From Nanobdellota archaeon (GTDB lineage: Archaea; Nanobdellota; Nanobdellia; Pacearchaeales; GW2011-AR1), in contig JBBSXC010000003.1 of assembly GCA_038045945.1 (NCBI GenBank), positions 96,001 through 160,000 of the forward strand: a stretch of DNA of 64,000 nt. The letters run 5' to 3'. The notes below the pieces were generated by a model, which saw only the letters and a program-made list of their open reading frames with translations, was not told where the DNA came from and made no database searches. Positions 9,527 to 18,411 of this stretch are shown piece after piece. Numbering within the stretch: position 1 is the first letter of the stretch; the number at the start of each line of letters is the position of its first letter. The position numbers and the translations under genes are program-made.

Positions 9527-10012
9527 TTACTTAACTTTTACACCGTCAATTGTAACGCCACCAATAATAGCGCCGTTTGATGGAACAGGCTCACAATGAT
9601 TCTTTACAGGTTGAGTTATAAGCATTAATATGATAGCTCTCCTTCTTTGCTCTTCCATTTCTTCAGCAGTTAAAACACGAGGCTCATAATTAGAAACTGG
9701 AGCGTTAAGAGCACCGCCGATTTTTATTCCACCAATTTGAGCATGTGATGAACCATCAAGATAAAGAGAACCCCTAATGTTTTCGTCATAGGTATTAACT
9801 GGTCTACCACCATTAGAGAAAATAGAACCAGGAACGTAGTCTTTACCAAGAACCACTTTACCAGAATAATTATTTAGGCCACTAACAACAGGTCTTTGGC
9901 TAACAGGAGAATCTTTTTTAACATAATCAGAATTAGCACTTACGCAAGAAGCTAACAATAAAGGTGCAACTAAAATTTTACTAACTAAACCAAAATTTGT
10001 ATCCCTAACCAT
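9527..10012 (-). CDS. Hypothetical lipoprotein-like protein
   Basis: LLLASC lipobox-like signal; start at ATG 10012. Confidence 0.55.
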   Translation of the reverse strand: MVRDTNFGLVSKILVAPLLLASCVSANSDYVKKDSPVSQRPVVSGLNNYSGKVVLGKDYVPGSIFSNGGRPVNTYDENIRGSLYLDGSSHAQIGGIKIGGALNAPVSNYEPRVLTAEEMEEQRRRAIILMLITQPVKNHCEPVPSNGAIIGGVTIDGVKVK

Positions 10013-10107
10013 AAAAAAAGGCACATTTTATCATACTTAAACCTTTCTAATTATAAAACAACAAATCTACTATCAAGCTTTAAAAACATGAATAAACTAA
10101 AAAAATC

Positions 10108-10857
10108 ATGGGGCTGATAAAACTATCATCAATTCTAATAATAACTTTAGTAATGGTTTCTTTAATAATAAGCCTAAACATATCATTAGGGGTTAAACAG
10201 TTATTATACCCACAACTATACGAAAAAGCAATAGAAAAAATAAACATAAACAAACTATTAGGAGAAGGCGGAACAAACATCACTTATAACGTAAGCGGAC
10301 TCTTAACACAAATAATAGAAAAATCATTAAGTTACGTAAGAGGAGAGTCAGAAAGAGAAAACTTATACTTAGAAATAGAAAAAAATATTACTCCAGAAGG
10401 AAGACTACAACAAAAAATTAATGTTTTAGACTTATTCGACAAAGAAGGAACATTAACAAACGCGAAAACTTACGTAAACTATTACAATAAAGGGATATTA
10501 TTAATAGAAGGACTAATATTATTCTTAACAATAATAATCTTACTTATTAACGGAAAAAACTTTAATTCATCAATAAGGTGGGTAGGAATAGCGCTAATTA
10601 TTGCCGGGATAATAGTAATAATTATTTCAAGCATAATAGGAAACCTCTTATACACACAAATATCTACGAGTTTCCCGATAATTCAGCCAGGAATAACACA
10701 ATTAATAACTCCAATATTCCACGCAATAAAAATTAACGGAATAATAACACTAATAATAGGATTCTTAATGCTGATAACACCAATATTTTTACCTAACAAA
10801 AAAGAGAAAGAAGAACCAGAAGAGAAAAAAAGTGTTAAGGTAACAAAAACTAAATAA
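10108..10857 (+). CDS. Hypothetical multi-pass membrane protein
   Basis: One N-terminal and three C-terminal hydrophobic segments. Confidence 0.7.
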   Translation: MGLIKLSSILIITLVMVSLIISLNISLGVKQLLYPQLYEKAIEKININKLLGEGGTNITYNVSGLLTQIIEKSLSYVRGESERENLYLEIEKNITPEGRLQQKINVLDLFDKEGTLTNAKTYVNYYNKGILLIEGLILFLTIIILLINGKNFNSSIRWVGIALIIAGIIVIIISSIIGNLLYTQISTSFPIIQPGITQLITPIFHAIKINGIITLIIGFLMLITPIFLPNKKEKEEPEEKKSVKVTKTK

Positions 10858-11188
10858 CTAACTTATTAGTTATCCTGCGATTAACTTCCTTATCCAAAGT
10901 ACCTATAAAGAATCCTTCCTGCGACTTGGCAATTAATGACTCATTTGTAGGACCATGACCCATATCAACCCTCTTAAACCTTTTATGGTCACCGAATAAT
11001 TCTAAAGCTTTTTTAGCTAAATCATTATCTCCAACACCAGACTTAACACTGTTAGCAATATCTTTTAATTCATTAAGAATAATCTTAGAAACCCTTATTT
11101 TGTAACCTTTAGACTCTATACTAGTAATGAATGAGTCACCATTTTTCATATGATTCATGATGAATCCAGTATCAATTATTGCTTGCAT
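10850..11188 (-). CDS. PIN-domain protein (Fcf1/Utp24-like), possibly degenerate
   Basis: AIIDTGF, ILNEL, GTLDKE PIN-like motifs. Confidence 0.65.
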   Translation of the reverse strand: MQAIIDTGFIMNHMKNGDSFITSIESKGYKIRVSKIILNELKDIANSVKSGVGDNDLAKKALELFGDHKRFKRVDMGHGPTNESLIAKSQEGFFIGTLDKEVNRRITNKLVI

Positions 11189-11222
11189 AAAACTATTAAA
11201 GCTTAACAGGTTTATAATACTA

Positions 11223-11732
11223 ATGGTTAAAGAAAAAAAGGTGTTGAGAAAGATACTAAAAGTACCATACGATAAACAAAAAACTGATTATACTTGCGGG
11301 CCAGCAAGCCTAAAAATGATTTTAGAATTTTTCGGAATAAAAAAACCAGAAATAATATTAGCACACCAAGCACACACAAAGAAAAAAACAGGAACAACTC
11401 ATGAGCAAATGATTAACCTAGTAAGAAGAGAAGGATTATACTGCTATGTACATAACCAGTCAAACATTAACACAATAAAACACTTCATAACTGCAGGATT
11501 ACCAGTAATAATAAGCTTCAAAAATCCCGAGGATAAAGAAGGACATTACGCTGTTGCAATAGGTTACAATAAAGGAATAATAATCTTAAATGATCCTTGG
11601 AACGGAAAAAACTTCAAAATAGATGACAAAGTACTAAAAAAATTTTGGGTTAGCGAAAACAAAGGAAAAAAGAGCATAATAGTAATATCAAAAAAACCAA
11701 TAATCAGAGGAAAACAGTACAACCCATTATAA
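11223..11732 (+). CDS. Peptidase C39-like cysteine peptidase
   Basis: Q.TDYTCGPASLKM, GHYAV, LNDP catalytic motifs; start at ATG 11223. Confidence 0.88.
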   Translation: MVKEKKVLRKILKVPYDKQKTDYTCGPASLKMILEFFGIKKPEIILAHQAHTKKKTGTTHEQMINLVRREGLYCYVHNQSNINTIKHFITAGLPVIISFKNPEDKEGHYAVAIGYNKGIIILNDPWNGKNFKIDDKVLKKFWVSENKGKKSIIVISKKPIIRGKQYNPL

Positions 11733-11745
11733 TAACAGATAATAA

Positions 11746-12051
11746 TTAACCGGTTCTAGAATTATTATAACTATCAGCTATTCTTTCAAGTATAATCCTA
11801 AAGTTTCTTCTGTCATACCAATCAAGAAGAAATTCTTCACCCTTACGCTTAACATAATCATGAACATTACGACGATCAGTACCAAGCTCTTTAGCAATAC
11901 GAGAAGAGCTATAACCAAGACTTATCATTTCATCTTTACGAGTATTATCAATGTGACCATACCACGGAAGATTCCTAAAATTTCTTACAGTACGTAAATC
12001 AACCTTCCCATCAACACGAATCCTGTAAGCCTTTGCACCAAAACTTACCAT
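11746..12051 (-). CDS. Hypothetical protein with HTH-like segment
   Basis: LGYSSSRIAKELGTDRRNVHDYV resembles an HTH. Confidence 0.55.
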   Translation of the reverse strand: MVSFGAKAYRIRVDGKVDLRTVRNFRNLPWYGHIDNTRKDEMISLGYSSSRIAKELGTDRRNVHDYVKRKGEEFLLDWYDRRNFRIILERIADSYNNSRTG

Positions 12052-12145
12052 AAAAAAGATGATTATTAAAACTTATTAAACTTTTTGATAATAGAAAAAG
12101 TACAATACATTAAAGCTTTTATAGGCCTAGTAATTAACAAAAAAG

Positions 12146-13228
12146 ATGTCAGGTCACACACCAAAAAAAGTAAGAATATATGTTGATGCAATTGGAGGAG
12201 ACACAATAACTGGGAAGGACGGAAAAGAACAAAAAATTGAAGAAAGAGTAGTTAGGGCATCATTGGAATTCTTAGATGAACACAAAGAGGCAAGAATCAT
12301 CCTAGGAGGAGACAGAAAACTTCTTGAAGGAATGGTTGATGGAAGCGACAGAATAGAAGTCGTTGATGGTAGAGCAACACCCTATGGGATTAGTGCCATA
12401 CGTCGAGAAAGAAAGGGCACAGCACTCTATAAAGGTCTTGAAATGTTAGAAGCAGGCGATTGTGACGGATTATACACATCAGGAAACACTCAAGCAGTAG
12501 CGGTTTATGTTGCTACAACAATTGGAAGGTTTAAAGGGATTAAATCAATGCCCCTAGTAGCAAGACTACCGAAAAAAGGAGAAAAACCAGTATACCTCTT
12601 GGATGTTGGCGGAGGAACAGATAATCTGGATGTTAACGGATTTAGAGACTTAGCATTATTAGCACATGCTTATTGTAAGGCTGTGGCAAAAGTAGACAAT
12701 CCAAGATTAGGCTTATTATCAATAGGTAAAGAACCTGAAAAAGGCGGACCAACAATAACAGAAGTAGATAAGAAGTTAAGAGAAACCAGATGTATAAACT
12801 ATAGCGGTTTAGTAGAACCTAAAGACTGGATGATGAAAGAATATGAAGCTGTAATATCCAACGGGTTTGTTGGCAACATCGGGATAAAAACAATCGGAGG
12901 AACGGTTATTCTTGCAAAGAGCGAAATAAAAGAAGCATTAAACAAATATCCAGTTAGAAAATTTTTAGCAAAAGCAATATTAGCGCCAGCGGCAGCAATG
13001 ATCTTAGGGCCAGTGTTTTATCCTCTAAAAGAAAAATATAACCCATCAAGAGCTAATGGTGCAGCATTATTAGTGCCCGGAGTCTTCATTAAGGGTCATG
13101 GGGAATCAGACGTTGAAGGAATACGCCGAGGACTTGGAGCAGTATCAGAACACGTAAATAAAGAAGTACCAAGAAGAATGAAAGAAGAACTAAAAATGGT
13201 AAGAGAACAATTAACAATAACAGAATAA
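12146..13228 (+). CDS. plsX: Phosphate acyltransferase PlsX, divergent
   Basis: VDAIGGD, SGNT, LLDVGG, LLSIGKEPEKG, GFVGNIGIKT, GAALL, KGHG.S match PlsX motifs. Confidence 0.85.
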   Translation: MSGHTPKKVRIYVDAIGGDTITGKDGKEQKIEERVVRASLEFLDEHKEARIILGGDRKLLEGMVDGSDRIEVVDGRATPYGISAIRRERKGTALYKGLEMLEAGDCDGLYTSGNTQAVAVYVATTIGRFKGIKSMPLVARLPKKGEKPVYLLDVGGGTDNLDVNGFRDLALLAHAYCKAVAKVDNPRLGLLSIGKEPEKGGPTITEVDKKLRETRCINYSGLVEPKDWMMKEYEAVISNGFVGNIGIKTIGGTVILAKSEIKEALNKYPVRKFLAKAILAPAAAMILGPVFYPLKEKYNPSRANGAALLVPGVFIKGHGESDVEGIRRGLGAVSEHVNKEVPRRMKEELKMVREQLTITE

Positions 13229-13229
13229 A

Positions 13230-14441
13230 CTATTTTTTTGGGTAAAAATTAACATAAACGTAATCATCAGTTAACAGATTAGCTAATTCTTGCGGAGTTC
13301 TAATAGGGGCAGTTTTAAGATCTATATCAGTTCTTTGAATAATATTACCCCATGTTTTGGCCATAACGCTCAAATACTTACCCACCTCATCAGCGTTAAG
13401 ACCCTTTAAAGCTCTATAACCCTTATCAGTAACACCATATTCACAAACACCCCTAGTAGAAACAACCCTGAAAGATAATTTACCCTCAGGATACTTCCTT
13501 TTAAACCTAAGAGAACGACCGACTATAATTCTTAAGTCACTGACTGATGAAACAGAAAAAACATAATTATCCCTATCTTTAACATGAAGATCAGCCTTCT
13601 TCTTAACATCCCCTAATTCTTCAGCAGTTAACTGGGGATGACCAGAATCTTTTCTGTTATTAACAACTTGTTCAACGATTTGTTCAGCACTAATATTAAG
13701 AGAGAAGTGATGATGATACTGAACAGCTTCTAAACCACTAGAAGCGGCCTTACTTATTAAGAAACCTTCTTCCATAAAAACATTAGACCATCTAATAACA
13801 CGATTATCATACTTTTCCCCATTAACAAGAGTTTCTAACCCATCCCTCAATTCTTTCTTAGGCACATTAATTTTTTCTTTATGAAAAACAAACCTATTAT
13901 CTTCACGAACACCATTCTCATAGGTTTTACCGACTTTAGGAAAATGAACCCAAGCTTCCTCAAAATTAGAGGTTTCACAAAGATCCATCATTTGTTTCTC
14001 TATATCATTTTGAGAACCAGTAAAGACTTCTCTATAAGAATTATCAGTATTAACTGACAATTTATCAACTTCTACTAAAACTCTAGGGTCAACATATACT
14101 GGAGTTATAAGAATAGTATACTTTCCTAGACCTTCATCAACCATATCAACATCATACTTCCCAACACCATATTCTTCATCAATAGATTTCCTTAAATCAG
14201 AAAGTTTTGATTCTGGATCAACATTACTAACAAACCTTTTAGGCAAAAAATCATTAATAGGAAGAACCTCTTTTTGAACAACCCCAGAATTATCCAAACC
14301 CACACCTAAAGAATTATCATAAGCCTTACTAAGACTACGCGGAGGACTAGGCTTAGGAATATCAGGAGACTGGCAAGAAGCAGAAGCTAAAAGAAAAGGA
14401 ATAATTGACAACTTACCCACTAAACCTTTACTAAAAACCAT
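13230..14441 (-). CDS. Hypothetical lipoprotein-like protein
   Basis: LLASASC signal; EEAW...YHHH...SVSD. Confidence 0.6.
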   Translation of the reverse strand: MVFSKGLVGKLSIIPFLLASASCQSPDIPKPSPPRSLSKAYDNSLGVGLDNSGVVQKEVLPINDFLPKRFVSNVDPESKLSDLRKSIDEEYGVGKYDVDMVDEGLGKYTILITPVYVDPRVLVEVDKLSVNTDNSYREVFTGSQNDIEKQMMDLCETSNFEEAWVHFPKVGKTYENGVREDNRFVFHKEKINVPKKELRDGLETLVNGEKYDNRVIRWSNVFMEEGFLISKAASSGLEAVQYHHHFSLNISAEQIVEQVVNNRKDSGHPQLTAEELGDVKKKADLHVKDRDNYVFSVSSVSDLRIIVGRSLRFKRKYPEGKLSFRVVSTRGVCEYGVTDKGYRALKGLNADEVGKYLSVMAKTWGNIIQRTDIDLKTAPIRTPQELANLLTDDYVYVNFYPKK

Positions 14442-14471
14442 GAGAAAGCCTTAGAAAAAGGGGTATATAAA

Positions 14472-14741
14472 CTAACTTCTTCTTCCTGGCTCTTCCTTAA
14501 CTATATACTCTTTGAGGGTTATTTTTCTACCATAAACTTCCTTACCATTCATCTGCGATATTGCCTTATCAGCTGCTTCTTTAGAAGAAAAAGTAACAAA
14601 ACCAAACTCTTTAGGCCTATGAGTTTTCTCATTCATAACTAGACTAGCAGTTACTGGTTTTAATGAAGAAAATAGTTGTTTAAACTCCTTATCAGTATAA
14701 CTAAGGGGTAAATTACCAACAAAAACTTTAACATTAACCAT
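14472..14741 (-). CDS. RRM RNA-binding protein
   Basis: RNP2 VFVGNL, RNP1 KEFGFVTF. Confidence 0.9.
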   Translation of the reverse strand: MVNVKVFVGNLPLSYTDKEFKQLFSSLKPVTASLVMNEKTHRPKEFGFVTFSSKEAADKAISQMNGKEVYGRKITLKEYIVKEEPGRRS

Positions 14742-14897
14742 TAAGAATAAACAACCATCAAGAATATTTAAGCTTATCAGAACACACCAAACCCCTTTTT
14801 TTCTCCAACCTCAAAACACTCAAAAAAAATAATGAGTAAAACAAAAATTTTTTGTGCGAATAAGCTACGAATTAAAGATAGAAACTAAAAATAAATT

Positions 14898-15248
14898 TTA
14901 GTATCTTTCTCTTCTTCCGCCGCCGAATCCGCCACCACGATTACCGCCGCCGAAAGACGATCTTCTAGGACCATCAAAAGATCTTCTTGGTGGTCTATTA
15001 TCAGGGTCCATTGGCTTAGCCTCATTAACCTTGATTTCACGTCCTTCAACTTGCTTACCGTTCATTTCAGTAATAGCTTTCTGGGCTGCTTCGTCGCTTG
15101 TTAAAGTAACGAATCCGAATCCCTTAGATCTACCGCTGAATTTGTCCATGATAACCATAGCTTCTGATACTTCACCATAACTGGCGAACATTTCAGCTAG
15201 CTCTTTGTTACCGACATTGTAAGGCAAATTACCTACATATAACTTCAT
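14898..15248 (-). CDS. RRM RNA-binding protein with Gly/Arg-rich tail
   Basis: LYVGNL, RSKGFGFV, RGG-like tail; AGGAG SD before ATG 15248. Confidence 0.93.
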   Translation of the reverse strand: MKLYVGNLPYNVGNKELAEMFASYGEVSEAMVIMDKFSGRSKGFGFVTLTSDEAAQKAITEMNGKQVEGREIKVNEAKPMDPDNRPPRRSFDGPRRSSFGGGNRGGGFGGGRRERY

Positions 15249-15365
15249 GTTTTTTTTACTCCTATGATTTAATTCCGCACTCATCAACAGAATCAGCTAA
15301 CTTGTTATAATCGCAAAATGCGAACATAAATCAAACTCATCGCTTACCTGCTTACCTAGCACTAA
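15249..15365 (-). promoter_or_regulatory. Long structured 5' leader of RRM gene
   Basis: TATA (TTTTAAATA, 15394-15386) far from ATG; TGATTTA/TAAATCA helix next to SD; TCGCA/TGCGA hairpin; CTGA-N5-TTGATGA. Confidence 0.5.
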
Positions 15366-15470
15366 TAATATGACCAGAATAAGACTATTTAAAACTATGC
15401 AGTAAGGAAAGATTAGTGCACATAAGCAATTAAAAGGCTAAAAATCAAGTATTATAAACTAATAAAGAAA

Positions 15471-15872
15471 ATGGTATCAACAATAACCCAAGAAGAATCA
15501 GAAACATACTATTCTTTAACAAAAGTCTTAGAGATACTTGATGAATCAGGAGTTAACAACGCTTTCCAACCGTTCATTAACGCATACTTAAACAAAAAAC
15601 TAGTAAAGAAAAAGCAAAAAGTTAAGAAAAGACAATTCATTAAACCAGACTGGATTGAGGGAAGCACAAAAAAAGAAGTGGAAACAAGAAACACAAAAAT
15701 TTTATGCTTCTCCAAAAAAGACTTAGAACACGTAATCAAAGGAATAATAGGACGAGGAGTAGCACCAGAAATAAGAAAGTTTGACAGAGCAATATACACA
15801 GGAGTTTGCGAAGAGATCCCAACAAGGTTCAGAAGTTATGATGATGACTCAAAACCCGGAATTTATGACTAA
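15471..15872 (+). CDS. Hypothetical protein
   Basis: ORF with strand-typical codon use. Confidence 0.6.
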   Translation: MVSTITQEESETYYSLTKVLEILDESGVNNAFQPFINAYLNKKLVKKKQKVKKRQFIKPDWIEGSTKKEVETRNTKILCFSKKDLEHVIKGIIGRGVAPEIRKFDRAIYTGVCEEIPTRFRSYDDDSKPGIYD

Positions 15873-15884
15873 ATAACAAAATTC

Positions 15885-16166
15885 TTAAGAAAACATGTCA
15901 ATAACTTTCTTGTAAAGAGGTACATACACTTCGGCGTACATCCCCACTCTCGTAAGACATGCGCAAGCAGCAGCAATACCAACTGTTGAGGCTTTGGATT
16001 CACTAAATATTGGAGCATCACTGCTTTTTAGGATATCATAAAAAGACTTAGTTAAAAAAACTTCACCAACAACAGGAATAGGAGAAACACCAAGAGCCAA
16101 GCTAATACACATCCGCTTTCTTTCACGATCAGATAAACCAATTGGTCTTTTATTCATAGAAAACAT
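15885..16166 (-). CDS. Hypothetical membrane-associated protein
   Basis: ORF; start moved to ATG 16166 (TATA about 30 nt upstream). Confidence 0.55.
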   Translation of the reverse strand: MFSMNKRPIGLSDRERKRMCISLALGVSPIPVVGEVFLTKSFYDILKSSDAPIFSESKASTVGIAAACACLTRVGMYAEVYVPLYKKVIDMFS

Positions 16167-16257
16167 AAAAATAAGACATATATAAACATTACTATTATTG
16201 TTATTAAAAAGTGGTGACAAAAGGAAGGTTTATAAATTGCTTGTCTATTGAGAACTC

Positions 16258-16689
16258 ATGGAAGATGAAGGAACAAATCAAAGACTTGAAATAACACTTA
16301 GTGGAGATACTCAAAAATTGACAATTGGATACTTAATGGAATTCTTCATGACAATTGATAAAAGATATAGAGAATTAGGGGGAAGAGGTCTTAGGATTGA
16401 AGATTTCGTTTCTGGTTTTGAAGTGGAAGTGGCAGAATCACCTTATGAACAACAACTTGGAACACAATTTGCTAATACAAAAAAAGCTATAAGAGAAGAA
16501 CCTTATACAGATTATGAAAAGAGGAAAAGAGCCCATAAAGTTATTGATAAGTATTTCAAAAGAGAAGAAAGAGAGGCAATCAAAGATGATTTAGAAAAAA
16601 GATTCCCTAAAAAAGAATTTGGAGATGAAATACCAATAATTCCCACTGTGATCTATTTATCCAATATAACACCAAAAAAAAGGAAATAA
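16258..16689 (+). CDS. Hypothetical protein
   Basis: ORF with TTTATAAA 30 nt upstream; more T-ending codons than plus-strand neighbours. Confidence 0.6.
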   Translation: MEDEGTNQRLEITLSGDTQKLTIGYLMEFFMTIDKRYRELGGRGLRIEDFVSGFEVEVAESPYEQQLGTQFANTKKAIREEPYTDYEKRKRAHKVIDKYFKREEREAIKDDLEKRFPKKEFGDEIPIIPTVIYLSNITPKKRK

Positions 16690-16691
16690 GT

Positions 16692-17696
16692 CTACTTTTT
16701 CCAGTTATCTCTTATTGGCTTAATGATTTTTTCTAAAGACTCAACTAAAGAATTCTTCAAATCCATAGGATGAATTTTACCGTTTGCATAAGAAGACTCT
16801 AAAGAGTCATAATCACTAAATGATAAGTTACCACCAAACTTTTCAGGCCTCGTAATAACAAACTCATCAAACCTAGGGAAAATTATAAGCTTAATTATTT
16901 GTAAAATAGGATTATCAGCTACATCCTTAGCAGGACAGTATGCTTCACCAATAGTCTTCTTAATTGTAGCATAATCATCAAGAACCGATATACCACTACC
17001 TGGAATTGACTTAGACATTTTTTGTCCAGGACCCTTAAGCGAAGTAATCAGAGGAGTATGAACAGCAACAAAATCATGACCTAACTCACTTTTCATATCC
17101 TTACCCATCATGTGAATCTTCCTCTGCTCTAGACCGCCTTCGGCCACATCAACACCCAAGTGTTTAATATCAACAATTTGCATTAGAGGATACCACAATT
17201 GAGAAACAGTAGCATTATCAACATCCCTAGCAACTTCTTGCATGCTACGAAGTCCACGATTAATAGTCAAGTTTTGAGCAAGCCTCATAACATCCATCTC
17301 GTATTCTGGCTTAAACTCGAAATCACTACCTAAAACAACATCAGCCTTCAGCCCAATAGCCTTAATGGTTCTTCTCCAATTATCAATCTCCTTCTTAATA
17401 TCATCCAGACTACCCTTACGATTAAGCATAGTGTGAACATCAGCTAACAAAAACTTAACCGTAAAACCAGCTTTTTGAAAATCCATAAGTTTAGTAATAG
17501 TAACAAAATGGCCTAAGTGTATCGGGCCATTAATTTCGTAACCACAATAAACGACAGGGTTCTTCTTAGACTTTAACAATTCTTTAAGCTGTTCTTCAGT
17601 AACTATCTCAACAGTATTATGCTTAATAATAGCTAATCGTTCATCAACACTCAAATCATTAACAATTTTTTGTTTATTATCAACCTTTTTAACCAT
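16692..17696 (-). CDS. tyrS: Tyrosine--tRNA ligase (archaeal type)
   Basis: YCGYE..G.IHLGH, YPLMQ..D, GGLEQRKIH, KMSKS, HPMDLK. Confidence 0.96.
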   Translation of the reverse strand: MVKKVDNKQKIVNDLSVDERLAIIKHNTVEIVTEEQLKELLKSKKNPVVYCGYEINGPIHLGHFVTITKLMDFQKAGFTVKFLLADVHTMLNRKGSLDDIKKEIDNWRRTIKAIGLKADVVLGSDFEFKPEYEMDVMRLAQNLTINRGLRSMQEVARDVDNATVSQLWYPLMQIVDIKHLGVDVAEGGLEQRKIHMMGKDMKSELGHDFVAVHTPLITSLKGPGQKMSKSIPGSGISVLDDYATIKKTIGEAYCPAKDVADNPILQIIKLIIFPRFDEFVITRPEKFGGNLSFSDYDSLESSYANGKIHPMDLKNSLVESLEKIIKPIRDNWKK

Positions 17697-17729
17697 AATT
17701 ATTACAACAAAAAGGTAGTATAAAAATCC

Positions 17730-17743
17730 TATGTGCAAGAAAA
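17730..17743 (-). promoter_or_regulatory. TTTTCTTGCACATA element upstream of tyrS TATA box
   Basis: Exact 14-bp match to argS upstream element at identical distance from ATG. Confidence 0.7.
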
Positions 17744-17744
17744 C

Positions 17745-18017
17745 TTAAGCAGAACGACTAAAAGAAGAATAATCATCACTAAAGAGGATTTGTAAATAAG
17801 AATAAACATTCCTGCGAGTAAAACCCTCATCTTTTCTCAGGTTCGAAGAACTAGGATCGCAATTCGACCTAACAATATCAACAGCCCCTTTAAGAGTTAA
17901 AACTCTACCAAAAACAGCCCGAGAGTTAAGAAGATATTTAGTATCACCATCTTCTAAACCACCAGCAACAAAATCAAGAAACTTTTCATCAACCTTTAAA
18001 CCTCGAGCCTTAACCAT
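17745..18017 (-). CDS. Hypothetical protein
   Basis: ORF with GAGG SD-like sequence. Confidence 0.55.
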   Translation of the reverse strand: MVKARGLKVDEKFLDFVAGGLEDGDTKYLLNSRAVFGRVLTLKGAVDIVRSNCDPSSSNLRKDEGFTRRNVYSYLQILFSDDYSSFSRSA

Positions 18018-18095
18018 TACCTCAATAAGTATTTGCTAGTTTAAATAATCAGTGATGATAGAAAAGAATAAAAAACGACAAATTGACATAACAAC

Positions 18096-18344
18096 ATGGA
18101 ACAGAGAGAAAGATACGATTTGACAAACATAAGAGTAACAGCAGGAGAAGACGGAATAATATGGACTGATGCACGCAGAGAAAAAAATAGAAGAGACCTA
18201 GAAATCTTAGCAAACGCACAAATTGAAGAAAAAGATAGTAGAAGACTAGCAAAACTCGCAATATTTATAGGAACAATGAGCATGATGGGAGCAAGTCTTT
18301 ACGGAATTCTAAACTATATTCATTCCCAAGGCTACAACCTTTAA
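18096..18344 (+). CDS. Hypothetical protein with C-terminal TM
   Basis: ORF. Confidence 0.55.
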   Translation: MEQRERYDLTNIRVTAGEDGIIWTDARREKNRRDLEILANAQIEEKDSRRLAKLAIFIGTMSMMGASLYGILNYIHSQGYNL

Positions 18345-18411
18345 AGGTTAAGTATAAAAAGCTAGTTTTTTAACTTTATATAAGTGAAAAGAGTGATTAA
18401 TCAAGAATAAA

